DNA from: Metaclostridioides mangenotii
GTDB lineage: Bacteria; Bacillota; Clostridia; Peptostreptococcales; Peptostreptococcaceae
Length of the DNA stretch: 32,000 nucleotides
Reading direction: 5' to 3'
NCBI RefSeq assembly: GCF_018917235.1
Contig: NZ_JAHLOF010000005.1
Location: forward strand, 185,129 to 217,128
The position numbers were made by a program, and so were the translations under genes. Below the pieces are notes generated by a model, which was not told the origin of the DNA, made no database searches, and saw only the letters and a program-made list of their open reading frames with translations. This document shows, one piece after another, positions 1 to 7,428 of the stretch. Position 1 is the first letter of the stretch; the number at the start of each line of letters is the position of its first letter.

Positions 1-231
1 TGCTACTCCTATCCTTATACCTGTAAATGAACCTGGACCAATACAAACTGCTAATAAATCTATTTCATTTACATCAATATCAGAAATTTTTAGCATTTCT
101 TCTATCATAACCATCAATTTTTGTGAATGTGTCTTTGTATCGTTAACTACAAATTCACAGATAAGTGTATCATCTTCTATCACAGCAATGCTTGCAGCCA
201 TGGAAGATGTATCTATTCCTAAGACTTTCAT
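1..231 (-). CDS. tsaB: tRNA threonylcarbamoyladenosine biosynthesis protein TsaB (YeaZ family); first 77 codons only, the gene runs off the left edge
   Basis: My own translation from the ATG at 231..229 gives MKVLGIDTSSMAASIAVIEDDTLICEF...LLAVCIGPGSFTGIRIGVA. It carries the GIDTS and GPGSFTGxRIG motifs of TsaB/YeaZ. The start overlaps the tsaE stop by 1 nt (TAATG), the usual tsaE-tsaB order. Confidence 0.85.
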   Translation of the reverse strand, partial: MKVLGIDTSSMAASIAVIEDDTLICEFVVNDTKTHSQKLMVMIEEMLKISDIDVNEIDLLAVCIGPGSFTGIRIGVA

Positions 232-683
232 TATTTTAACAACTCCTCAACAATCCTAATATACTCTTCTCCTTTTGGAGTCAGTATCATTTCTCTTCCG
301 TCTTCTACATATTTTAATTCTATACTTAAATACTCCTCAGGCAAGACATCTTCTATTAGATTTGCCCACTCGATTATACAAACTCCATCCGAATTTATAT
401 ATTCGTCGTACCCTATGTCGTACATTTCATCACTACTTCCAATTCTGTACACGTCAAAATGATACAGCGGGATTCTTCCATCGTATTCATTAACTATAGT
501 AAATGTCGGGCTTGTCACATAATCGTCAACACCTAAACCTTTAGCAAAGCTTTGTGTAAGCGTTGTTTTACCAGCACCTAAGTCGCCCAACAAACATATT
601 ATATTTCCTTTTTTAACTAACCCTCCTAATTTAAATCCATAACTTTTAGTCGCTTCATCATCTTTAAGGTAAACTTTATACAT
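231..683 (-). CDS. tsaE: tRNA threonylcarbamoyladenosine biosynthesis ATPase TsaE (YjeE family)
   Basis: 150-aa ORF with the P-loop GDLGAGKTT followed by SPTFTIVNEY, and the size typical of TsaE. A GGAGATGG Shine-Dalgarno precedes the ATG. It is translationally coupled to tsaB. Confidence 0.9.
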   Translation of the reverse strand: MYKVYLKDDEATKSYGFKLGGLVKKGNIICLLGDLGAGKTTLTQSFAKGLGVDDYVTSPTFTIVNEYDGRIPLYHFDVYRIGSSDEMYDIGYDEYINSDGVCIIEWANLIEDVLPEEYLSIELKYVEDGREMILTPKGEEYIRIVEELLK

Positions 684-1089
684 TTGTCCATCTCCATTAC
701 TCTATACATTTATCTAAATTATTTATTATTGTACTCAATTATAGCTATATTAATTATTATATAATAATATCTATGTATAATAAAGTTCTTATGACTATTA
801 TTACTTTATAATATCACGATTAATCTTGACTTTTAAACCATTTTAATAAATTCAATCCTAAGTACAAAGCAAAAAAGTTTGCACTTATTAAAGAGTAGAT
901 TTTAATTGTGAAAAAATAAATAATTTTTCTAATAGTATTTAATTATATTATTTATTTAGTTAATTTTTTAACTATAATTACTGAACTTTATATTGGATTC
1001 CGTTCTGCAAAAACTACTTTTCTAATAAATCAATAATAACCTACTTTCCCTATACGTATACATATATTAGGAAAGGTGGAGATAATAAT

Positions 1090-2307
1090 ATGTTAGACCC
1101 AAGCGCAGTTGATCCGATCTCATTGTTATTAAATGTATCATCATATCACGCAGTTGTAGGACACATAATCCAGTACGATCTAACAGTTTATAACAAAAGC
1201 GATACACCTGTTGAAAATGTAATTATCGTAGATACACTTAGTCCATGTTTAGAGTTTATAAACGGAAGCGTAAAGATCAATTCTGTAGAGTATAAGGATG
1301 CTGATATAGCTTCTGGTATTGAACTTGGCACTATTCAGCCAAAAGAAAGTAAGCTAGTGTCATTTCTTGTGAAAGTTATAAGCTCTGAAGACGAATGTAA
1401 TGCTATAAATACAGATATTACAATATTTTATAATTACAACTCTAGTAACAATAATGCTAATTTCAAAGGAAAAATCTCATCAAATCCTCTAACAATAAGT
1501 ATCTATGAAAATGATATTAACATAACTAAAAGAACTAGTTCTACAACTGCTTCTTTAAACGATGTAATAAAATTTACAATTTATCTGGACAACACAAGTC
1601 ATCTAGATGTTTATGATGTATTATTAGAGGATAATAATCCAAACTCAACAAGCTTGATAAATGGTACATTTACAGTAAATGGAGTGGTTATCGAGAATGT
1701 AAATTTAAATTATGGAGTAAATTTAGGAAATATCGGAGTCGGTCAAAGTTTAATCGTAGAGTATCAGGTTAGAGTTCTAACAGGAGATTGCAATGGAACA
1801 ATTCAAAGTACCTCTAGTACAACATACAATTATTTTTTACCAAATGGCTATACAGGTACACATATGTGCTATTCTAATATGGTCGATATTAAAATAAATT
1901 TATCTTACTCTAGAAATTTTGAATTGGATAATTCCGTATGTTTACCCAATCAATGTCCTGATATAGATCAAGTATATTGGATAAATGGCGACCTTAATAT
2001 TACTAATTGGAAGCCAATAAACTCAATCAGATGTGATTCAAAGTGCCCTAACACTATAAATGGTGTAAGAATACTTGTACAAGGTAAAATAGTATATAAC
2101 TTTGGTTATTCAACTTTTGATTCTAATCAAGAAATTAAGGCTGAAGGAATTGAAGCCCCCTTCGAAGGAACCATAGTCTTACTTTGTAATTATAATGAAG
2201 ATAATACAATTCAAGTAAACGGAAAAGTTATAGATGTCAAATACCAATCGTCAGATGAAAGATGCGTACTTTGCCAAACTAGTATTGAACTTATAGCTAA
2301 TGTTTAA
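1090..2307 (+). CDS. Hypothetical protein with two DUF11-type (conserved repeat domain) beta-sandwich repeats and a Cys-containing C-terminal SPOCS/DUF3794-like region; no signal peptide; possible spore-surface protein
   Basis: 405-aa ORF with a strong SD (GGTGGAG, 8 nt before the ATG). There are two internal repeats of the DUF11 pattern: VGHIIQYDLTVYNKSDTPVENVIIVDTLSPCLEFINGSVKIN and NDVIKFTIYLDNTSHLDVYDVLLEDNNPNSTSLINGTFTVNG. The C-terminal segment PDIDQVYWINGDLNITNWKPI...VRILVQGKIVYNFGY resembles SipL-type SPOCS domains. Domain calls come from pattern memory, not an HMM run. Confidence 0.55.
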   Translation: MLDPSAVDPISLLLNVSSYHAVVGHIIQYDLTVYNKSDTPVENVIIVDTLSPCLEFINGSVKINSVEYKDADIASGIELGTIQPKESKLVSFLVKVISSEDECNAINTDITIFYNYNSSNNNANFKGKISSNPLTISIYENDINITKRTSSTTASLNDVIKFTIYLDNTSHLDVYDVLLEDNNPNSTSLINGTFTVNGVVIENVNLNYGVNLGNIGVGQSLIVEYQVRVLTGDCNGTIQSTSSTTYNYFLPNGYTGTHMCYSNMVDIKINLSYSRNFELDNSVCLPNQCPDIDQVYWINGDLNITNWKPINSIRCDSKCPNTINGVRILVQGKIVYNFGYSTFDSNQEIKAEGIEAPFEGTIVLLCNYNEDNTIQVNGKVIDVKYQSSDERCVLCQTSIELIANV

Positions 2308-2341
2308 TGCCAGCAATTTAATGAAAAACACATTTATATTT

Positions 2342-2420
2342 GCCACCTTGCAGGGCTGAAATTTTATGGTAATCTTCCTTTTAAATTCTTATACTCCTCT
2401 GCAAGTTGGCTATTTTATAT
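2342..2420 (+). terminator. Long-loop hairpin followed by a T-rich tract, downstream of the DUF11 gene (possible terminator)
   Basis: GCCACCTTGCAG (2342..2353) pairs with CTGCAAGTTGGC (2399..2410), 12 bp with 1 mismatch and a 45-nt loop, followed by TATTTTATAT. The loop is atypically large, so confidence is low. Confidence 0.3.
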
Positions 2421-2439
2421 CATAGATTATGCCATTTGA

Positions 2440-2476
2440 TAGACTAACAGATTAATTGTTGTTATAATAACAACAA
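2440..2476 (+). promoter_or_regulatory. Putative sigmaA promoter (TAGACT-17-TATAAT) with a 21-bp perfect palindrome over the -10 box, upstream of the YkvI-family gene
   Basis: -35-like TAGACT is at 2440..2445 and TATAAT at 2463..2468, with a 17-nt spacer. The palindrome TTGTTGTTAT-A-ATAACAACAA spans 2456..2476. Confidence 0.4.
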
Positions 2477-2511
2477 AGATGAATATAAATATAACAAAGG
2501 AGATGTTTATA

Positions 2512-3666
2512 ATGAAAAGCAATAACTTAGATCCATCAAGTTCTAAACTTAATTGGAAGGGTATTTTTGGTGTTGCTTCAGTATGGTTTGGCGCTCATGT
2601 AGGTGGGGGCTTCGCTACAGGTAATCAGACAATGAATTTCTTTGTTAAAGAAGGTTGGTACACATTTTGGATGCCAATCTTAATTATAGGAATTATAGCT
2701 TTAGTTTATAGAGAAACGATGATTATGGCTAGAAACCATAAAGCATACGATTATAGAACTTTATCTAAAAAATTATATGAACCTTATGATAAAGTTCTTT
2801 CTATAGTATTTGAAATCTGCTATATAATTATCGTATTACTTGCTACAGGAGGTTCTATTGCAGGTGCTGCTGCTCTATTTGCCGATTTTGGCTTAAGTTA
2901 CAATTTAGGTGTCGTAATTACAGGAACTATTCTATTCATACTAACAATTTTTGGAGCTAATCTTATAAGAAGCGCTTCCTCACTTATGACAATAATAATT
3001 GTTATCTGCCTTACTCTAATCTGTTACATAGGAATATCTGCAAACTCTGGGAATTTCATTGAATTAACTACAACTCGCTACTCAACTGAATCAATTTGGC
3101 ATGCCCTGTGGCTGGGTCTTAAATATGCAGGATTCCAAGCTATAGTATGGTCAATAGTTATAAGTGTTTGCCAGCCGCTTAAAACAGATAAAGAGATCAA
3201 CCATACAACTATTGTTGGCTTTATTCTTAACAGCGTCATGATAGTATTAAGCTGTATGATGTTATTTGCATGGCTTCCTGGAACTACAGGAGAAACACTT
3301 CCAATACTTTATATTTGTAAGCAAATAGGCAAAGATTGGCTTGTATTTGTATATACAATTGTGCTTTTACTTGCATTTATATCTACAGGAATTAGCTGTG
3401 TGTTTGGTGCGATTACAAGATTCGAAAACCTTATAAAAGTCCCACAGAATATAACTGTAAGAAGAGGATTACTTTCTCTATGTTGTATGATCTTATCTAT
3501 GGCTATTTCTTTATTTGGACTTACAGCTATAGTTCAAATTGGATACGGCTATACTGGTGTATTAGGAATTTTCGTTGTAATTATACCAGTGCTTACTGTT
3601 GGACATATGAAAAACAAAAAATTTAAACAAGAGCATCAAGATTCTTTTGAAGGAGAAAATGTATAA
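2512..3666 (+). CDS. YkvI-family polytopic membrane protein (APC-superfamily-like transporter of unknown substrate)
   Basis: The ORF track gives 2479..3666. The ATG at 2512 (MKSNNL) is better placed behind the AAGGAG at 2497..2502. The N-terminal motif FGAHVGGGFATGNQTMNFF matches the YkvI signature VGAGFATGxE, and about 10-11 hydrophobic spans follow. Confidence 0.7.
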   Translation: MKSNNLDPSSSKLNWKGIFGVASVWFGAHVGGGFATGNQTMNFFVKEGWYTFWMPILIIGIIALVYRETMIMARNHKAYDYRTLSKKLYEPYDKVLSIVFEICYIIIVLLATGGSIAGAAALFADFGLSYNLGVVITGTILFILTIFGANLIRSASSLMTIIIVICLTLICYIGISANSGNFIELTTTRYSTESIWHALWLGLKYAGFQAIVWSIVISVCQPLKTDKEINHTTIVGFILNSVMIVLSCMMLFAWLPGTTGETLPILYICKQIGKDWLVFVYTIVLLLAFISTGISCVFGAITRFENLIKVPQNITVRRGLLSLCCMILSMAISLFGLTAIVQIGYGYTGVLGIFVVIIPVLTVGHMKNKKFKQEHQDSFEGENV

Positions 3667-3780
3667 ATTCTATTTAAATTTATTTAGTACTAAAAATACT
3701 AATATTCATCTTTTAATGCTGACTAAATTTTTTTATAACAAAATATATATACTTTATTTTTAAAAATAAATTAAATAAGA

Positions 3781-3813
3781 TCGGTCCTATCTTGAGATAG
3801 GACCGATTTTTTT
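3781..3813 (+). terminator. Rho-independent terminator of the YkvI-family gene
   Basis: TCGGTCCTATC (3781..3791), loop TTGA, GATAGGACCGA (3796..3806): an 11-bp perfect stem followed by T7 (3807..3813). Confidence 0.85.
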
Positions 3814-3952
3814 AATCAATAAATTTCCTGAATAGTATGTATATATAATTAAGATTTTATTAAGATTTAAATAAGCTTATATTAAAACATCGTATTTATA
3901 AATGTAGTTAAATAGTATTGTAAAAGATAATTTAACTACGGAGGACTCAATA

Positions 3953-4915
3953 ATGTCTAGAAAGAACATAAAACAACAGGAAAAACGAAAATCAAAACAA
4001 AAATTAAAATCAATTATTTTAATGGCTATCATTTTATTAAGTATTACTTTATTAGTTTATAGTACAGGAAAATTTACTGATTTAAAAAATATTACTGTTA
4101 ACTCACTTAGTCAGGAAAATAGTGAGATTGACAAATTAAAAAATATCCGAAGTAAAAATGCTATATTAGTTGATAATAAAAGTAGTGAAATCATAGCAGA
4201 AAAACACAGCAATACTAGATGCTATCCAGCCTCTCTTACAAAAATAATGACAACAATTGTTGCCATAGATGAATTAAACGATTTGGATGTGAAGATACCT
4301 ATAAGAAGTGGCATGTTTGAATCTCTTAGAAAATCTGGAGCTTCTATGACTGGATTTCTACCAGATGAAAAAGTTAAAGCTAAGGATGCTCTTTATGGTA
4401 TAATGTTACCTTCTGGAGCTGAATCATCAATTGCAATTGCAGAATATATATCTGGCTCTGAAGATAACTTTGTAAATCTTATGAATGAAAAAGCTAAAGA
4501 ACTAGGTATGAAAAACACTCACTTTACAAATGCAACAGGGCTTCATAATAATAATCATTATACAACAGTTTTTGATTTATCTTTACTGCTCGATTATGCT
4601 CTTGAAGATGAAATATTTAGAACTATATTTACAACAGAAAAATATTCGACATCTCCTACAAATTTAAATTCGGCAGGAATAACATTTAGCAGTTCTACAT
4701 TTGAGAAAATGGATGCAGAAAACTTTGTAAGAGGAAAAATAATAGGTGGTAAAACTGGATATACAGAAGAAGCAGGAAATTGTTTAGCAAGTCTTCTTGA
4801 AAATAATGGTAATGAATATATATTAATTACTACAGGTGCAAAAAAGACTGATAAAGAGCCCTCTTCAAATATAGTAGATGCCTTTAATATATACAATACT
4901 TATTTCACAAATTAG
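3953..4915 (+). CDS. Serine-type D-alanyl-D-alanine carboxypeptidase (peptidase S11, low-molecular-weight PBP) with an N-terminal membrane anchor
   Basis: 320-aa ORF with SD GGAGGA. The three PBP motifs are present: SLTK (SxxK), SGAE (SxN-type position) and KTGYT (KTG). The N-terminal KR-rich segment is followed by a transmembrane helix. Confidence 0.85.
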   Translation: MSRKNIKQQEKRKSKQKLKSIILMAIILLSITLLVYSTGKFTDLKNITVNSLSQENSEIDKLKNIRSKNAILVDNKSSEIIAEKHSNTRCYPASLTKIMTTIVAIDELNDLDVKIPIRSGMFESLRKSGASMTGFLPDEKVKAKDALYGIMLPSGAESSIAIAEYISGSEDNFVNLMNEKAKELGMKNTHFTNATGLHNNNHYTTVFDLSLLLDYALEDEIFRTIFTTEKYSTSPTNLNSAGITFSSSTFEKMDAENFVRGKIIGGKTGYTEEAGNCLASLLENNGNEYILITTGAKKTDKEPSSNIVDAFNIYNTYFTN

Positions 4916-4973
4916 GCTTAGTATAAATAGTAAGGTATTATATTGATATATACTTTAAAAGTAAGGTATTAAA

Positions 4974-5022
4974 AGAGACAATAAAGACAATCCAATACAT
5001 TCGGATTGTTTTTATTGTCTCT
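4974..5022. terminator. Bidirectional hairpin between convergent genes
   Basis: AGAGACAATAAAGACAATCC (4974..4993) pairs with GGATTGTTTTTATTGTCTCT (5003..5022). This is a 20-bp stem with one G-T pair and a 9-nt loop, with T-rich sequence after it on the plus strand. Confidence 0.7.
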
Positions 5023-5065
5023 TTCTTAATTTTTAATAATAATTAGTTATTTAAAGATGATTTAT

Positions 5066-5317
5066 CTAAACTTTATTCTTTTTTTTTATTGATTGTGTCG
5101 GACATGTTTTTATACAATCACCACATCTAATACATTCAATACTATTAGGGTTTTTGTATATTTGTATATTCATTTTACACTTCTGAGTACAGGCGTTACA
5201 ACTTGTACATTTATTTTCATCTATCTCATACTTTATAAAACTTACTTTATTAAATAACGAATAAAATGCACCTAACGGGCATAAATACCTACTAGATAAA
5301 TACAAAAGAAGAGGCAT
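5066..5317 (-). pseudogene. C-terminal remnant of a NapH/MauN-like 4Fe-4S polyferredoxin membrane protein (only the 2x[4Fe-4S] ferredoxin domain remains)
   Basis: The 83-aa ORF has CPLGAF followed by CTSCNACTQKC and CIRCGDCIKTCP. Full-length family members carry roughly 150-200 aa of N-terminal transmembrane region that is absent here. The apparent start codon and first 8 codons lie inside one arm of a 26-bp inverted repeat, and I see no SD or promoter. Confidence 0.55.
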
Positions 5318-5355
5318 CCTATATAATAAGATGCCTCTTCTTTTGTATTTATCTA
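5293..5355. repeat. 26-bp perfect inverted repeat (hairpin); probable intrinsic terminator of ribU on the minus strand
   Basis: TAGATAAATACAAAAGAAGAGGCATC (5293..5318), an 11-nt loop, then GATGCCTCTTCTTTTGTATTTATCTA (5330..5355). The GC-rich core GAAGAGGCATC/GATGCCTCTTC is followed by TTTTGTATTT on both strands. Confidence 0.75.
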
Positions 5356-5493
5356 TTAATTTGTTTAATTTTAGATATTATTTAAAAATAGTTATAAGAA
5401 TTGTTCATTTTATTTGTATTTATAAATTTTTTTTAATTACCAATTTTATTTAATATTTTTATTTTTTAGTTTATACCGTGCTATATAAAATAT

Positions 5494-6108
5494 TTATTTA
5501 TTATTGATTATGTGACCCATTTTCTTATAAAGAACTACACTACATATTGATAATAATGTTCCTTTTAGTATATTAAATGGGACTATCATCCACATAACGA
5601 AACTAAATAAATCCGTTATTCTATGATTTATAACTGATCCTAAATTTATAATAGCATCTAGACCCATAAGTTGACCGTAAAATGGAAGAGTTATAAAGTA
5701 GTTAACTACTGCCCCAACTATAGTCATTGACAGAGTACCCAGAATAATTCCCGCTATTACACCTTTGATGTCTGTGCTTTTTTTATAAATATAACAAATA
5801 ACAAACACATAAACTCCACCAATTAAGGCATTTGCAATTTCTCCTACTCCACCAGTCGTAGTTACTGTTATTGCGTGTACTATATTTTTTACGACTACTA
5901 TACCTACTCCGACTATAGGACTAAAACTCATACCACCTAAAATCGCAGGTATTTCTGATATATCTATCTTCAAGAAGTCAGGAAAAATCCCTGGAATTGG
6001 CATCTCTATATACATAAGAATAAATGATATTGTAGATAAAATTGCCATCATAACTAGTGTTCTAGTTTTCATAGAAGTTTGTCTATTTACTGTGTTTTGA
6101 TTTTGCAT
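5494..6108 (-). CDS. ribU: Riboflavin transporter, ECF-type S component RibU
   Basis: 204-aa membrane protein with about 6 hydrophobic spans and the S-component-like segment FLKIDISEIPAILGG. It lies directly downstream of an FMN riboswitch. Confidence 0.85.
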   Translation of the reverse strand: MQNQNTVNRQTSMKTRTLVMMAILSTISFILMYIEMPIPGIFPDFLKIDISEIPAILGGMSFSPIVGVGIVVVKNIVHAITVTTTGGVGEIANALIGGVYVFVICYIYKKSTDIKGVIAGIILGTLSMTIVGAVVNYFITLPFYGQLMGLDAIINLGSVINHRITDLFSFVMWMIVPFNILKGTLLSICSVVLYKKMGHIINNK

Positions 6109-6136
6109 TATAATTCCCCCTAATTTAATTTATTAG

Positions 6137-6335
6137 GAAAAATAAAAAACTCGAAGGTCTTATCTTCGAGTATTTGAATCAGTTTAAAACAAAATGCTTT
6201 TAAGCTTTTTCAATCTCTTCTCTCATCCAGACTTTACTGTCGGCTTTGGAATTTCACCAAATCAACTACTCTATGGTAGGTCGCGGGCTTTTACCGCCGG
6301 TAGGGAATTTCACCCTGCCCCGAAGATCTTCTGTA
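6137..6335 (-). promoter_or_regulatory. FMN riboswitch (RFN element) with a terminator-type expression platform
   Basis: The minus strand reads ...TCTTCGGGGCAGGGTGAAATTCCCTACCGGCGGTAAAAGCCCGCGACC...GATTTGGTGAAATTCCAAAGCCGACAGTAAAGTCTGGATGAGAGAAGAG, which matches the conserved RFN core. It is followed by CTCGAAG-N7-CTTCGAG (6150..6170) and TTTTTTATTTTT. Confidence 0.93.
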
Positions 6336-6358
6336 TTTATTATTTTCCTTACATATAT

Positions 6359-6387
6359 ATGATAGTTAATTTTTTTATAAAAGTCAA
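6359..6387 (-). promoter_or_regulatory. SigmaA-type promoter for the FMN riboswitch-ribU transcript
   Basis: On the minus strand, TTGACT (6387..6382), a 17-nt spacer, then TATCAT (6364..6359), about 25 nt upstream of the riboswitch P1. Confidence 0.6.
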
Positions 6388-6417
6388 GCACTACCGACCT
6401 TCATAAGATTAAAAATA

Positions 6418-7218
6418 TTAAAATATATCTCTAACTTTGAAGAAATCATCACCAAGCTCACGCTGCATAGCCTCTTTAAATATGCCAGCATTTTTGTAGA
6501 AGTACATATCATGTCTAACACATTCTGCAGCCAATACTATTAAAGGTCTACTCTCTGTCCATATCACCTCAACCGTTGATTCACTTATTATTTGTCCAAA
6601 GACAACTTCTTTCATATCAGATACAAGAGTTATCCATCTTCCGCCCATCTCCTTCAATTTCTCTTCTACTAAACCATGCCTACAGTACTTCTTTAAGGGA
6701 ACATTAGATTTATCATCATTGCTAAAATAAACAATACCCATTCTTATATTTTTATCCTCTAGAGCTTTTATCTCTGGCAATAGTTTTGGTAAATCTTCTT
6801 CCCAAATCTGAAGCAATAATTCCTTTTCTGTTCTCTGAAGAATCTCTTTACATTTAGCAAATACATTTGTGTTTTGACGTATATGCCATAGATAATCCAA
6901 ATCTGTATTAACTGGGAAGTCTTTTAATGATGTAGTGAGTTCCTCTAATACATTATCTGTTTCATATTTCACCTTTTTTTCTATTTCATCAATAGGTACT
7001 GCAGCGTATCTATTGTTATTTTCTTCTTCAGCATATATTATATAGCCCTTTATAGTCAAAGACTCTAGTATATTGTAAATCTTAGAACGTGGAACTGCAG
7101 AAATCTTACTCGCCTCATATCCAGACGCACTCCCATTTCTAAGCAGCGCTAAATAAACCTTGGCTTCAGAATCCGTCAATCCAAGCTTATTCAATAAGGA
7201 AATCTCTTTAGCAAACAT
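6418..7218 (-). CDS. TrmB-family transcriptional regulator (winged HTH plus C-terminal effector-type domain)
   Basis: 266-aa ORF. The N-terminus LGLTDSEAKVYLALLRNGSASGYEASKISAVPRSKIYNILESLTIKGYI is the TrmB-type HTH pattern. Confidence 0.8.
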   Translation of the reverse strand: MFAKEISLLNKLGLTDSEAKVYLALLRNGSASGYEASKISAVPRSKIYNILESLTIKGYIIYAEEENNNRYAAVPIDEIEKKVKYETDNVLEELTTSLKDFPVNTDLDYLWHIRQNTNVFAKCKEILQRTEKELLLQIWEEDLPKLLPEIKALEDKNIRMGIVYFSNDDKSNVPLKKYCRHGLVEEKLKEMGGRWITLVSDMKEVVFGQIISESTVEVIWTESRPLIVLAAECVRHDMYFYKNAGIFKEAMQRELGDDFFKVRDIF

Positions 7219-7375
7219 ATAAACATAACCTACTCTCTATTTTGATACTACTATTTTATCATAGACTAAATATTTTATTATATATACAATAAAACTAAGT
7301 AAGAAAATAATTAAAATTCTCTGTTAAATTAGAATATTATTTAATGTAATCAAACATTAGCTAATTTTAATTTAA

Positions 7376-7404
7376 AAAGGCGATAGATTAAGACTACCGC
7401 CTTT
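7376..7404 (-). terminator. Hairpin downstream of the IlvD/Edd-family gene
   Basis: AAAGGCGATAG (7376..7386) pairs with CTACCGCCTTT (7394..7404), 11 bp with one G-T pair, and T-rich sequence lies on both sides. Confidence 0.55.
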
Positions 7405-7428
7405 ATTTTTTCATTAATCTTTCTTATC

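Noticed and set aside
1043-1069. SigmaK-like promoter (AC-16 nt-CATATATTA) in front of the DUF11/SPOCS gene
   Set aside because: The implied transcription start would fall inside or after the GGTGGAG SD (1075..1081), leaving no ribosome-binding site. The match is short and is expected by chance in AT-rich DNA.
5331-5456. 41-codon plus-strand ORF starting with the mirrored ATGCCTCTTCTTTTG in the right arm of the inverted repeat
   Set aside because: Its start is an automatic consequence of the palindrome. The rest is AT-rich low-complexity sequence (Ile/Phe/Lys/Asn) with no SD.
6194-6406. 70-aa plus-strand ORF in the track
   Set aside because: It lies antisense to, and entirely within, the FMN riboswitch, its terminator and its promoter. 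It has no SD, and the region is fully explained by the RNA element.
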